Made by a program: the position numbers and the translations under genes. Of a stretch of 64,000 nt of DNA, positions 1-9,577 are shown piece by piece. The stretch is taken from IMG/VR virus record IMGVR_UViG_3300027759_000045, positions 248,001 through 312,000 of that record; one strand, written 5' to 3'. The notes beneath the pieces are model-generated. The model saw nothing but the letters and a program-made list of their open reading frames with translations. It was not told where the DNA came from and made no database searches. Position 1 is the stretch's first letter. The number at the start of each line of letters is the position of its first letter.

Positions 1-72
1 TGCAGGATTTTTGCAATTGGCCTACAATCCCACCACTGGCGAAATTGTATATTACACCTAATAAATATCTAC

Positions 73-888
73 ATGAAACAACTATTATTTGCGCTGTTGA
101 TCGCAGCCACTAACTTATCATATGCGTGGGAACAAAGAGCCCCACTGCCGCCACAGGCCTGCGTGGCACACAGCCCATATGGATTTGCACAAACGCAACG
201 TCCAGCACAGCCAATTTGCCGCGAAGCATACCTGGTAGGATACGACGCTACTGTTAAGATTCCTGCGTATGTTGCATACACATTACTACCACAAAACGCA
301 ATAGGTTGCTGGCCACGTACAAATGCTTTTGTAGCAGACAGAAGTATTGTTGGTGGCGCCAAGCCAGATGACTATGCTGGCACAGGCTATGACAAAGGAC
401 ATGCGGCACCAGATGGTGATTTAAGTTGGAGTGAGATTGTGGAATACGAAAGTTTTTTAATGACAAACATGTATCCTCAACACGGCTCTTTAAATCGGGG
501 AATATGGAAGTTATTAGAGACGTCCATCAGAGGATGGGCAGTACAGCGAAACCAGGCTTTTACCATATACGTTGGCGCATTTTATGGCGCTGGTGATGAG
601 TTTATCGGTAACGGTGTTATTGTACCGCACGGCTATTATAAAATTGTAATCAATGATGCCACTGGTGAAATTGCCGGATGGGCATTTCCGCACACTAAAC
701 CTTATGTTAACTTAGGCAACGATCTAACTAAATTCCGTATGATGATTTCCAGCATTGAAAGCCGAGCAGGCGTTAAGTTTAGTTACCCACCTAAAGCACG
801 TGAAGTAAGTCCAGGCGCAGAATGGCCTGTTGATTACGGTGCATTAACTAATGCTAAACGTGCCCGCTGCGGCAAGAACGCAGAATAA
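73..888 (+). CDS. DNA/RNA non-specific endonuclease (NucA/Serratia type) with signal peptide
   Basis: YDKGHAAP active-site motif, NMYPQHGSLNRGIWKLLE, VPHGYYKIV; N-terminal MKQLLFALLIAATNLSYA. Confidence 0.85.
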   Translation: MKQLLFALLIAATNLSYAWEQRAPLPPQACVAHSPYGFAQTQRPAQPICREAYLVGYDATVKIPAYVAYTLLPQNAIGCWPRTNAFVADRSIVGGAKPDDYAGTGYDKGHAAPDGDLSWSEIVEYESFLMTNMYPQHGSLNRGIWKLLETSIRGWAVQRNQAFTIYVGAFYGAGDEFIGNGVIVPHGYYKIVINDATGEIAGWAFPHTKPYVNLGNDLTKFRMMISSIESRAGVKFSYPPKAREVSPGAEWPVDYGALTNAKRARCGKNAE

Positions 889-920
889 TCTATCTCTAGC
901 CGTGGACATGTAAATACTGC

Positions 921-2057
921 ATGTCCAATTTCTACTGTGCCGCACCCTGGCGTGGCCTACATATAAACCCACGTGGTGATGTTAAAACCTGTTGTGCAGG
1001 TAATCCCAACATGCTGGGAAACTTAAACACTCAAAACATTGTTGAAATACTCAATAGTGATCTTATGTCTGAAATACGGTCAAGTTTGTCCCAGGGTATT
1101 CCTCATGAGTATTGTTCAAATTGTGTAAAAGCAGAACGCTTTGGTGCAGACTCTGAGCGGGCCTGGCACAACAATGTAAATCCTGGGTTTGATTATGCCA
1201 CTGCTGGCAGTGAATATCATTATCCTGTTATTGTAGATGTACGGTGGAATACAACATGTAATTTAAGTTGTAACTATTGCGGCGAAGCCTGCAGTTCAAA
1301 GTGGGCTGGCCTAAAAGGTATTCCAGTCAAGTCAGGCACAAGACCTTACTATGATGCAGTGTGTGATTTTATTGAACAACACTATGAACACATACACGAA
1401 GTGGCATTGGTTGGCGGCGAGCCACTGTTACTGCCAGAGAATAATCGACTGCTAGATGTAATACCAAAAGATGCAATTGTTACACTGATTACAAATCTCA
1501 GTGGCGAACTTGAAAACAACAAAATATTTCAAAAGTTAGCAACACGAAATCGAGTTGGCTGGAGCATGAGCTTTGACAACATTGGTGAAAGATTGGAATA
1601 TGTGCGTCACGGCGCCGAGTGGTCGCAGATCAAACACAATCTTGGGTTGATCAAAGGATTAATGACCGCACAGGGCCAGTGGGGAGGCATACATGCTGTG
1701 TACAACATCTACAATGCCACACGTATTTGTGAACTGCGACAGTTTGCAGAAGACACTGGAACTACAGTGCTGTGGCAGAACCTATTTCAGCCTGAATACC
1801 TAGATCCGTTCTTGCATGGTCCAGTAGTTGCGGCCGAAGCCATTGCCGAGATTGAACGTTTCTATGCAATGGGCATTGCTACCACTGCTGAAAAAATGTT
1901 CTTTGACAATGCACTAGACATGTATCACAAGGTCACACAAGCCCGCCCTGGAATTGAACAACAATTCCGTGATCATATTTTTCTAAACGAAACCAAGTAT
2001 CACACAGATAAACATGGACAGTTCCAGCAGTTATGGCCGGAGTTCACCAATGTTTGA
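921..2057 (+). CDS. Radical SAM protein with N-terminal twitch domain
   Basis: CAAPW..KTCC and CSNC..E...SER; CNLSCNYC; GGEPLL; SFDNIGERLEYVRHG. Confidence 0.9.
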   Translation: MSNFYCAAPWRGLHINPRGDVKTCCAGNPNMLGNLNTQNIVEILNSDLMSEIRSSLSQGIPHEYCSNCVKAERFGADSERAWHNNVNPGFDYATAGSEYHYPVIVDVRWNTTCNLSCNYCGEACSSKWAGLKGIPVKSGTRPYYDAVCDFIEQHYEHIHEVALVGGEPLLLPENNRLLDVIPKDAIVTLITNLSGELENNKIFQKLATRNRVGWSMSFDNIGERLEYVRHGAEWSQIKHNLGLIKGLMTAQGQWGGIHAVYNIYNATRICELRQFAEDTGTTVLWQNLFQPEYLDPFLHGPVVAAEAIAEIERFYAMGIATTAEKMFFDNALDMYHKVTQARPGIEQQFRDHIFLNETKYHTDKHGQFQQLWPEFTNV

Positions 2058-2787
2058 GAATGCACCTTGTCATGTACAGCAACAGCATGCCGGCAAAACA
2101 CTGCTGTGGTGCAGTATTGACAGTGAACAAGAATACAATAAAAATTTAAAAAATACTCTGCAGCGTGAGTTGTTGTCTCAGAACGGCTGGATTGATCACA
2201 AGATAGAATACCAATACAATGCTCAAGGATTCAGGTCCAGAGAAATTGATCTGACTCAGCCCGGATTTGCTGTGTTTGGGTGTAGTTTTACTCAAGGTCT
2301 CGGACTTCCAGTGGATGAGCTGTACCATGAGAGAATTTCAAAAGAGCTCTCACTTCCAGTTGATAATTTTGGTGTGTTTGGTGCATCCAATGGACTTGCA
2401 TTTAGATTGGCTCACTATTGGCTGCCCATAATCAAACCGAGATTTGTAATTTTACAAACAACTTTTAGAGAACGATTTGAAATAATAAATCAACACAATA
2501 TCAGCACTGTGATGTCGCCAGCCTTTCCTCAAACAGCCACAGTGCAAGAAGTTTTTCGCGATTGGTGGTTCACTGACGCCAACAGCATTGCTGACAAACA
2601 ACGCAATGAACTGGCCATACAACAAGTGTGTCACCAGCTTGATATTCCTGTCCTGGTGATTGACGTTGAAGATTTTAGAAATCCTGTGTTGGGGTTATCG
2701 AGAGATTTAACTCACCCAGGTCCTCCTAGTCATCATCGAGTACATGCGCAAATAATTGACCACTTGAAAAGTTACCAACATGGCTAA
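2050..2787 (+). CDS. SGNH/GDSL-like hydrolase or acyltransferase
   Basis: FGCSFTQG block I, GVFGASNG block II, DLTHPG block V; start at ATG 2050 overlapping the upstream gene end. Confidence 0.55.
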   Translation: MFENAPCHVQQQHAGKTLLWCSIDSEQEYNKNLKNTLQRELLSQNGWIDHKIEYQYNAQGFRSREIDLTQPGFAVFGCSFTQGLGLPVDELYHERISKELSLPVDNFGVFGASNGLAFRLAHYWLPIIKPRFVILQTTFRERFEIINQHNISTVMSPAFPQTATVQEVFRDWWFTDANSIADKQRNELAIQQVCHQLDIPVLVIDVEDFRNPVLGLSRDLTHPGPPSHHRVHAQIIDHLKSYQHG

Positions 2788-4354
2788 AAGTTTAGAAGGC
2801 GTACTGATCAAAGCACCGCACCGCCGCCAATCTTTCTCAGAGTCAGAAATAACAGAATTTATGGACTGTGCAGACCCTGTGACAGGACCTGCATACTTCC
2901 TGGATCATTTCTTTTACATACAACATCCCACACAAGGCAAGATGCTGTATCATCCGTTTGAGTATCAGGCACGATTGATCAATGTGTATCATAACTATCG
3001 ATTTAGTATTTCGATGATGCCTCGACAAACAGGTAAGTCTACGTCAGCGGCTGGGTATCTATTATGGTATGCAATGTTTGTACCAGATTCAACAATCCTT
3101 ATTGCGGCACACAAATACACAGGTGCACAAGAGATCATGCAACGTATAAGATTTGCTTATGAGCTGTGCCCAGACCATATCAGAGCAGGCGTCACCAGCT
3201 ACAATAAAGGCTCAATAGACTTTGAAAACGGCAGTCGTATTATATCGGCAACAACTACAGAAACAACTGGACGTGGTATGAGTATCTCACTGCTGTACGC
3301 AGACGAGTTTGCGTTTGTTCGACCCACCATTGCCAAAGAGTTTTGGACCAGTATTAGTCCCACACTGGCAACTGGTGGTAAGGCCATTATTACGTCAACC
3401 CCAAATTCAGACGAAGATCAATTTGCTCTGTTGTGGAAAAGCGCCAACAAGTGTGAAGATGAATACGGCAACCCAACACCGCTAGGCATTAACGGATTTC
3501 GAGCATTCCGTAGTTTCTGGCAAGAGCATCCGGACCGTGATGACGCTTGGGGCGCCAGCATGGAAGCACAGTTGGGAACAGATCGATTCCGCCGAGAGAT
3601 TGGCTGTGAGTTCATTATCAACGATGAAACACTGATTGCACCGGCTATCTTGGTTGAGCTGGCAGGTCAGCAGGAACCATTGTATAGAACAGGACAAGTG
3701 CGTTGGTATAAACGTCCCGAGGCTGGTAAACTGTATGTTGTAGCCTTAGATCCAAGTTTGGGCACAGGCGGCGATCCTGCTGCCATACAGGTGTTTGAAG
3801 CCAATACTACCATACAAGTGGCTGAATGGCGCCATAATCGAACCACTATCCCGGCACAGATACGTATCTTATCTGACGTATGTAAACACATTAATGAAAC
3901 TGTAAAAGATCCCAAAAGCATTTACTACTCAGTAGAGAACAACACCATTGGAGAAGCCGCACTGATCTCTATTGCAGAGTTTGGCGAAGAAAACATTGAA
4001 GGCTATTTCTTAAGTGATAACTCTGTAGCTGGCGGCAGCCGTAGACTCCGCAAGGGGTTTAACACCACTAATAAAAGCAAACTATCGGCCTGTAGCAAGT
4101 TAAAGATATTAGTAGAATCCAAAAAAATGACCGTAAACAGTGCGCCCTTGGTCTCAGAACTCAAAACGTTTGTGGCGCACGGAACAAGTTATGCTGCCAA
4201 ACCCGGTGAAACAGACGACTTGGTGATGAGCACACTGTTGGCTATACGTATGATGCAGTTGTTGCAGAACTATCACACAGAAATGGACTCGCAGATGCGT
4301 GATTTTGGCGACACAATGATAGAACCCATGCCATTTTTTGCTACATTGCGTTAA
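2780..4354 (+). CDS. terL: Terminase large subunit (gp17-like)
   Basis: MPRQTGKST Walker A, LLYADEFAF Walker B, ITSTPN motif III, ALDPSLG and DDLVM nuclease motifs. Confidence 0.95.
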   Translation: MAKSLEGVLIKAPHRRQSFSESEITEFMDCADPVTGPAYFLDHFFYIQHPTQGKMLYHPFEYQARLINVYHNYRFSISMMPRQTGKSTSAAGYLLWYAMFVPDSTILIAAHKYTGAQEIMQRIRFAYELCPDHIRAGVTSYNKGSIDFENGSRIISATTTETTGRGMSISLLYADEFAFVRPTIAKEFWTSISPTLATGGKAIITSTPNSDEDQFALLWKSANKCEDEYGNPTPLGINGFRAFRSFWQEHPDRDDAWGASMEAQLGTDRFRREIGCEFIINDETLIAPAILVELAGQQEPLYRTGQVRWYKRPEAGKLYVVALDPSLGTGGDPAAIQVFEANTTIQVAEWRHNRTTIPAQIRILSDVCKHINETVKDPKSIYYSVENNTIGEAALISIAEFGEENIEGYFLSDNSVAGGSRRLRKGFNTTNKSKLSACSKLKILVESKKMTVNSAPLVSELKTFVAHGTSYAAKPGETDDLVMSTLLAIRMMQLLQNYHTEMDSQMRDFGDTMIEPMPFFATLR

Positions 4355-4379
4355 GGCCAAGTTGGATAAATAGAACACT

Positions 4380-6410
4380 ATGGCACAGAATACTCCCGGA
4401 CAACAACTTTTTGACCTACTGGTCACTCGTGGCTTTGACCCAGAAATACTAGACAGCTCTGGCAAAGCCGCACCCACAGCTGAAGATGCTGAAATTTACA
4501 GTTTTGAATTCATCACTGCAAACGGCACAAATCACGGCACAGTGGTTGTGATGCTGGGAGATGATAAGCAACTGGAATTGTTCAGTGGTGACAATGTTGG
4601 CCGCGGCATGGACAGCGAAGATAAAACAGAATGGTACGAGTTCCAACATCAGCTTAAGAACTTTGCCACAAAGAATTTCATGACATTTGGCAGTCAAAAT
4701 ATCAACAGACTCAAATACAGTATGCAAGGACAGGCTGCACTCAAAGAAGGCCTATACGAAAGTTGGAACGGCACAAAGAACATCAGTTGGAATGGTGGAC
4801 CAGATTCGGTACGCTTAATGATACGCCACAAACGTCCAATGGGTGTGAACGAAGCACGTTTCCGTCAAGTGGAAAGTTTGTTTTTAGAAACAGCAGAAGG
4901 TGAACGTTACAAGTTACCATTCCGTAACTTGGCAGGTGGCCGGGCTATGGTGGAACATGTGCGTCATGGCGGCAGACCATACGACATGCGCGGACAGCAT
5001 ATTGCCAACATGGTTGAAGAACTCAATGTGCTGAGTCGTTTCCGCAGAGCTAGTCAAGGTCGAGTGTTTGAAGGCGATACTGCCAATTTGGTAACTCAAA
5101 CAAACGAATATCATGCCACAATGAGCCGAACTCTTAAAGGACTGGCCTCCGCACGTGGCTACAACACGTACTTTGAAAATTGGAATCCAGCTGACATAAC
5201 AGAGCAAGATTTGATCATAGAAGACATCAAAACACTATTTGTTCAAGAAACAATTGATTCGCGAATTGAACAGGCCTTACCTATCTTGGCCCGTATACAA
5301 CAACAAGGAAATGCAATGAAAGAAGCAAACATATTTGAAACCTGGGCTAACAACCTATTAGAAGGCACATGGGCAACACCTGACACACCGGAAGAACAGC
5401 AAGAACTCATTGCTCTATTGTCACAAGAATTGCCGGTTGGTGCAGATGCAACCAATGCAACTGAACAGTTGTACAGTTTGGTTGGTGATGACATATTGTT
5501 TGATCAACTGCAAGATTTAGCCGAACAAGATCCCGATGCTGACTGCCGTAGTTTGGTTATTGCACGTATCACTGATATGGCCAGTAAAGGATTTGATGAT
5601 TTTGATATAGTGTTAGATGCACTCAAATCAGAACAGTTGGCCCCGCCAACAGTTGCGCCCAAAGCACCTGCTGTGCCGGCAGAAGCACCAGCCGAAGTTC
5701 CGCCCCCTCCTGTAGCTGAACAAGATGATGAAGAATATTCAGTTGATGGCGGAATGAACAACGAGTTGTTACAAGATGGCATGCTTGGAGCAATAGTAGG
5801 TGGCATTGGTGGTGCCGCACTGACAAAAAGTCCAGGTGGTGCAATGACTGGTGCCAAACTAGGCAGCGCCGCACAAGATGCATTTGGCGAAGAAGAAACA
5901 GATGGATCATGCAACTACACTGCTGAAGGCGAACACTGCCCAGAACACGGCCTAATGGAATGCGGCAGTATGTACGAAGGCGAGCAGGATACAATAGCTC
6001 GTTTGCAAGAACTATCAGGAATGAATAATTCCAAGCCTGAAATGGCAGAAGGCCAGGAAGACAGTCCAGTGGCCAGTGCTATCACACGTAGAATTTTACT
6101 GCAACGTTCGGATTTGTTGAGCAAGTACGGTCCAGAAAAAGTAACAGCCGCCATTGACGAAGTTGCAGACTTTGTAGGTGATGTAGAAGAAATTGGATCT
6201 AGTGACGTAAGTGGATGGATCAAGCAGATCGAACAAATGTTAGGCAATATGGCAGAAGAAGTTGCAGTGACAACCGGCAACCCACCTCTGGGAGAAACCA
6301 CAACGTTACAAGGCCAATATGGTCACTCTGGCAAACTTCAAACGTTTGATGACGTGGAAGAAGATGTGCTACACCGATTGCGAGAACTGTCCGGGATGAT
6401 TAGATCATAA
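4380..6410 (+). CDS. Putative head/internal virion protein, acidic and modular
   Basis: 676 aa; TAAATA upstream; many L/M-x-E-(G/S/A) motifs; RLQELSG and RLRELSG; CxxxxxxxxCPEHGxxxC motif. Confidence 0.5.
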   Translation: MAQNTPGQQLFDLLVTRGFDPEILDSSGKAAPTAEDAEIYSFEFITANGTNHGTVVVMLGDDKQLELFSGDNVGRGMDSEDKTEWYEFQHQLKNFATKNFMTFGSQNINRLKYSMQGQAALKEGLYESWNGTKNISWNGGPDSVRLMIRHKRPMGVNEARFRQVESLFLETAEGERYKLPFRNLAGGRAMVEHVRHGGRPYDMRGQHIANMVEELNVLSRFRRASQGRVFEGDTANLVTQTNEYHATMSRTLKGLASARGYNTYFENWNPADITEQDLIIEDIKTLFVQETIDSRIEQALPILARIQQQGNAMKEANIFETWANNLLEGTWATPDTPEEQQELIALLSQELPVGADATNATEQLYSLVGDDILFDQLQDLAEQDPDADCRSLVIARITDMASKGFDDFDIVLDALKSEQLAPPTVAPKAPAVPAEAPAEVPPPPVAEQDDEEYSVDGGMNNELLQDGMLGAIVGGIGGAALTKSPGGAMTGAKLGSAAQDAFGEEETDGSCNYTAEGEHCPEHGLMECGSMYEGEQDTIARLQELSGMNNSKPEMAEGQEDSPVASAITRRILLQRSDLLSKYGPEKVTAAIDEVADFVGDVEEIGSSDVSGWIKQIEQMLGNMAEEVAVTTGNPPLGETTTLQGQYGHSGKLQTFDDVEEDVLHRLRELSGMIRS

Positions 6411-6429
6411 AATAGTCATTAGAACAAAT

Positions 6430-6492
6430 GCGTCATAAATATCATTGACGCTGACAACAAAAGCGTGTACACTACAACAGTGACACGCTTTT
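6430..6492 (+). promoter_or_regulatory. Dual promoter region (late TAAATA and sigma70) with two inverted repeats upstream of gp32
   Basis: TAAATA 6436-6441; TTGACG 6445-6450, 17 bp, TACACT 6468-6473; IRs GCGTCA/TGACGC and AAAAGCGTGT/ACACGCTTTT. Confidence 0.7.
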
Positions 6493-6551
6493 TTCATTAG
6501 CATCACAGGCAACTTAGAAAACATTTTATAACACTAGAAAGGCAACTTAAA

Positions 6552-7532
6552 ATGGCATCATTAGCAGACATCCGAGCACGTCTCGCAGCCTCAGAAGGCA
6601 ACAACAAAGGTGGACAGTCCACTGGTGGCGATAACGCAATTTACGCACACTGGAACATGGAAGAAGGCGCATCCACTACCCTACGATTCCTCCCAGACGG
6701 CAACACAAAAAACACATTCTTTTGGCAAGAACGAGCAATGATTCGTTTGCCATTTAATGGCGTCAAAGGAGAGATGGAATCAAAACAGGTTTACGTACAA
6801 GTTCCTTGTATGGAAATGTGGCAAGAGACTTGTCCAATTCTTACAGAAGTACGCACATGGTTCAAAGACAAGAGTCTGGAAGACATGGGTCGTAAGTACT
6901 GGAAAAAACGCAGTTACATTTTCCAAGGCTTTGTGCGTGAGAATCCCCTGGCAGATGACAAGACTCCTGACAATCCCATCCGTAGATTCATCATTGGTCC
7001 TCAGTTGTTCACCATCATCAAAGGTGCACTGATGGATCCCGAACTGGAAGAAACTCCAACAGACACCTTGCGTGGCTTGGACTTCCGTATCACAAAAACG
7101 CAAAAAGGCGGATTTGCTGACTACAACACTTCAAAGTGGGCACGTAAAGAGTCTGCACTGTCAGAAGTGGAACAGGCAGCAGTGGATGCACACGGCTTGT
7201 TTGATCTCAGCACATTCTTGCCCAAGAAGCCAGACGAAGCGGCTGTGAAAGTCATGAAAGAAATGTTTGAAGCAAGTGTAGATGGTCAAGCATATGACAC
7301 AGAACGTTGGGGTGCTTACTTCCGTCCAGCAGGTGTATCTGCACCAGCAGGCAGTTCTGAGTCTGCACCAGCCAGTGCGCCTGCTCCAAAGGCAGTGCCT
7401 GCGGCTGTGTCAGACTTTGAAGATGACGAGCCACCTGTGGCCACAGCACCAGTCACAGCGCCTGCCGCTGCCGCACCTACTCAGAAAGCCGAAGACATTT
7501 TGGCCATGATCCGAGCACGTCAACAGAAGTAA
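6552..7532 (+). CDS. gp32: Single-stranded DNA-binding protein (T4 gp32 family)
   Basis: LRFLPDG, YWKKRSY, GLDFRITK, YNTSKW motifs; Ala/Pro linker and acidic tail. Confidence 0.9.
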   Translation: MASLADIRARLAASEGNNKGGQSTGGDNAIYAHWNMEEGASTTLRFLPDGNTKNTFFWQERAMIRLPFNGVKGEMESKQVYVQVPCMEMWQETCPILTEVRTWFKDKSLEDMGRKYWKKRSYIFQGFVRENPLADDKTPDNPIRRFIIGPQLFTIIKGALMDPELEETPTDTLRGLDFRITKTQKGGFADYNTSKWARKESALSEVEQAAVDAHGLFDLSTFLPKKPDEAAVKVMKEMFEASVDGQAYDTERWGAYFRPAGVSAPAGSSESAPASAPAPKAVPAAVSDFEDDEPPVATAPVTAPAAAAPTQKAEDILAMIRARQQK

Positions 7533-7535
7533 TCG

Positions 7536-8261
7536 ATGTCAACAATGTTAGTCAGCGGCGATAGTTGGACAAGCTGTTGGCCGTTAGAGGAAAGATTAGG
7601 TCATCGAGACAATGGGTGGCCTAATCTTGTAGCATTGAACCTAAATTACAGATTAATTGATAAATCCAGGGCCGGGTCAAGCAATTATAGAATTTATAGA
7701 AAAGCATTTGATGGCCTACTAGATTCTAGCAACAACTTAGTTTTGGTTTTTCTTACCTCATGGACAAGAATGGAAACTGGATCCGGATATGGCGAAAAGC
7801 CTGGGCGTATCTACCAACATGTTCCTGGCCAAAAAACAAAAGAAACAGAATATGTTTTTAAACAGTTTTTTAACGGATACAAAAATTACACAGACATGCT
7901 AAGAATGATTATTTCTCTGCAGACTATAGCTAAATCTCAGGATACTAACTGTTATTTTTTGGACACGTTTGAAAACAACCTATTGTTTGATATCACATTG
8001 GATAAATTTAAACAAATTTTAAAATTTAACCCGGTATTGTATGATAATATGGATAACTGTCGAGTTGAAGATAAGTTCAACACAGTAAAATTATTAACAG
8101 CCGCAATTGATCGCAGTATGTTTATATCCAAGTCACCATATCAAGCACTAATTAAAGATTGTAATCTAGTTGAATCACATCCTGTCGAAGATGGGCACTC
8201 TAAAATTGCTAATGTAGTTTTAGAATTTTTAAAGGAAAAATACAATGGCAAAACCATTTGA
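7536..8261 (+). CDS. SGNH-like protein
   Basis: VSGDSWT, SRAGSSN, C-terminal ESHPVEDGH; more AT-rich than its flanks. Confidence 0.5.
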   Translation: MSTMLVSGDSWTSCWPLEERLGHRDNGWPNLVALNLNYRLIDKSRAGSSNYRIYRKAFDGLLDSSNNLVLVFLTSWTRMETGSGYGEKPGRIYQHVPGQKTKETEYVFKQFFNGYKNYTDMLRMIISLQTIAKSQDTNCYFLDTFENNLLFDITLDKFKQILKFNPVLYDNMDNCRVEDKFNTVKLLTAAIDRSMFISKSPYQALIKDCNLVESHPVEDGHSKIANVVLEFLKEKYNGKTI

Positions 8262-9306
8262 CATATCAAAGTTCCGCAAGGACATTACCAAAAGTATCCA
8301 AGGCCTGAGTATCGGATTTAACGATCCAACAGACTGGATTGGCACAGGCAACTATGCATTGAACTATCTTATCTCTGGAGACTTCAACAAAGGTATTCCC
8401 TTAGGTAAAGTAACTGTGTTTGCCGGTGAATCGGGCGCAGGTAAAAGTTATATCTGCTCCGGCAATATTGTAAAGAACGCACAAGAACAAGGCATCTTTG
8501 TTATTCTTGTGGACACAGAAAACGCACTTGATGAATCATGGCTACATGCATTAGGTGTAGACACCGGTCCGGCAAAGTTGCTTAAACTTAATATGAGCAT
8601 GATTGATGACGTTGCTAAAGCAATTTCAACGTTTATGATTGACTACAAAGCCCTGCCCGAAGAAGAACGTATGAAAGTTCTCTGGGTCATTGACTCGCTA
8701 GGCATGTTGTTGACTCCCACAGACGTTAACCAGTTTGAAGCAGGTGACATGAAAGGTGATATGGGTCGTAAACCCAAAGCACTTACTTCGCTTGTTCGTA
8801 ATTCTGTCAATATGTTTGGCAGTTATAATGTAGGACTAGTTGCCACCAATCATACATACGCAAGCCAAGACATGTTTGACCCAGATGACAAGATTAGTGG
8901 TGGCCAAGGTTTCATCTATGCATCAAGTATTGTGGTTGCCATGAAGAAGATGAAGTTAAAAGAAGACGAAGATGGCAACAAGGTAAGTGAAGTCAACGGC
9001 ATCCGTGCTGGCTGTAAAGTAATGAAAACACGCTATGCTAAACCTTTTGAAGGCATGCAAGTTAAGATTCCTTACTCAACTGGTATGAGTCCGCATTCTG
9101 GTCTGGTTGACTTGGCAGAAAAGAAAAACATTCTCAAGAAAGAAGGCAACAGTTTGGTGTTTGTCACAAGCGATGGTGAAGTGATCAAACAGTTCCGCAA
9201 AAAATGGGAAGCAAATGAAAATGGCTGTTTAGATAAACTTATGGCAGATTTTGCCAACCAGAAAGAAGAAAAAACAGCAATAGACGACACCACAGTGGAG
9301 GAATAA
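8245..9306 (+). CDS. uvsX: RecA-like recombinase UvsX
   Basis: AGESGAGKS, VIDSLG, ISGGQG, MKTRYAKP. Confidence 0.95.
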   Translation: MAKPFDISKFRKDITKSIQGLSIGFNDPTDWIGTGNYALNYLISGDFNKGIPLGKVTVFAGESGAGKSYICSGNIVKNAQEQGIFVILVDTENALDESWLHALGVDTGPAKLLKLNMSMIDDVAKAISTFMIDYKALPEEERMKVLWVIDSLGMLLTPTDVNQFEAGDMKGDMGRKPKALTSLVRNSVNMFGSYNVGLVATNHTYASQDMFDPDDKISGGQGFIYASSIVVAMKKMKLKEDEDGNKVSEVNGIRAGCKVMKTRYAKPFEGMQVKIPYSTGMSPHSGLVDLAEKKNILKKEGNSLVFVTSDGEVIKQFRKKWEANENGCLDKLMADFANQKEEKTAIDDTTVEE

Positions 9307-9307
9307 C

Positions 9308-9577
9308 ATGGCAGTAGATTTAGCAAGCGAAATTTGGAATGAACTCAAACGGTATGTTAACACAGTAGATCGTGCAGAAGCTGCAGAAACTGTGGTACAG
9401 ATCTTGATGGACAATGATGCAGACGTAGAAGATATCCGTGCAGCCTTCAAGGGCGATTCGGATATCAAACGTGCGCTAACCGCATATCTTGACAACGATA
9501 AAGATTATGTAGACGAAGAAGATGCCGAAGAAGACGAAGACTTTGATGACTTTGATGACAAAGACTGGGAAGATTAA
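9308..9577 (+). CDS. Small hypothetical protein with acidic tail
   Basis: 89 aa, GGAA RBS, coupled to uvsX. Confidence 0.7.
   Translation: MAVDLASEIWNELKRYVNTVDRAEAAETVVQILMDNDADVEDIRAAFKGDSDIKRALTAYLDNDKDYVDEEDAEEDEDFDDFDDKDWED

Noticed and set aside
6411-6551. tRNA or other ncRNA in the larger intergenic gaps (also 20255-20367, 22315-22435, 55983-56104)
   Set aside because: No cloverleaf or T-loop signature; the hairpins fit terminators or operators
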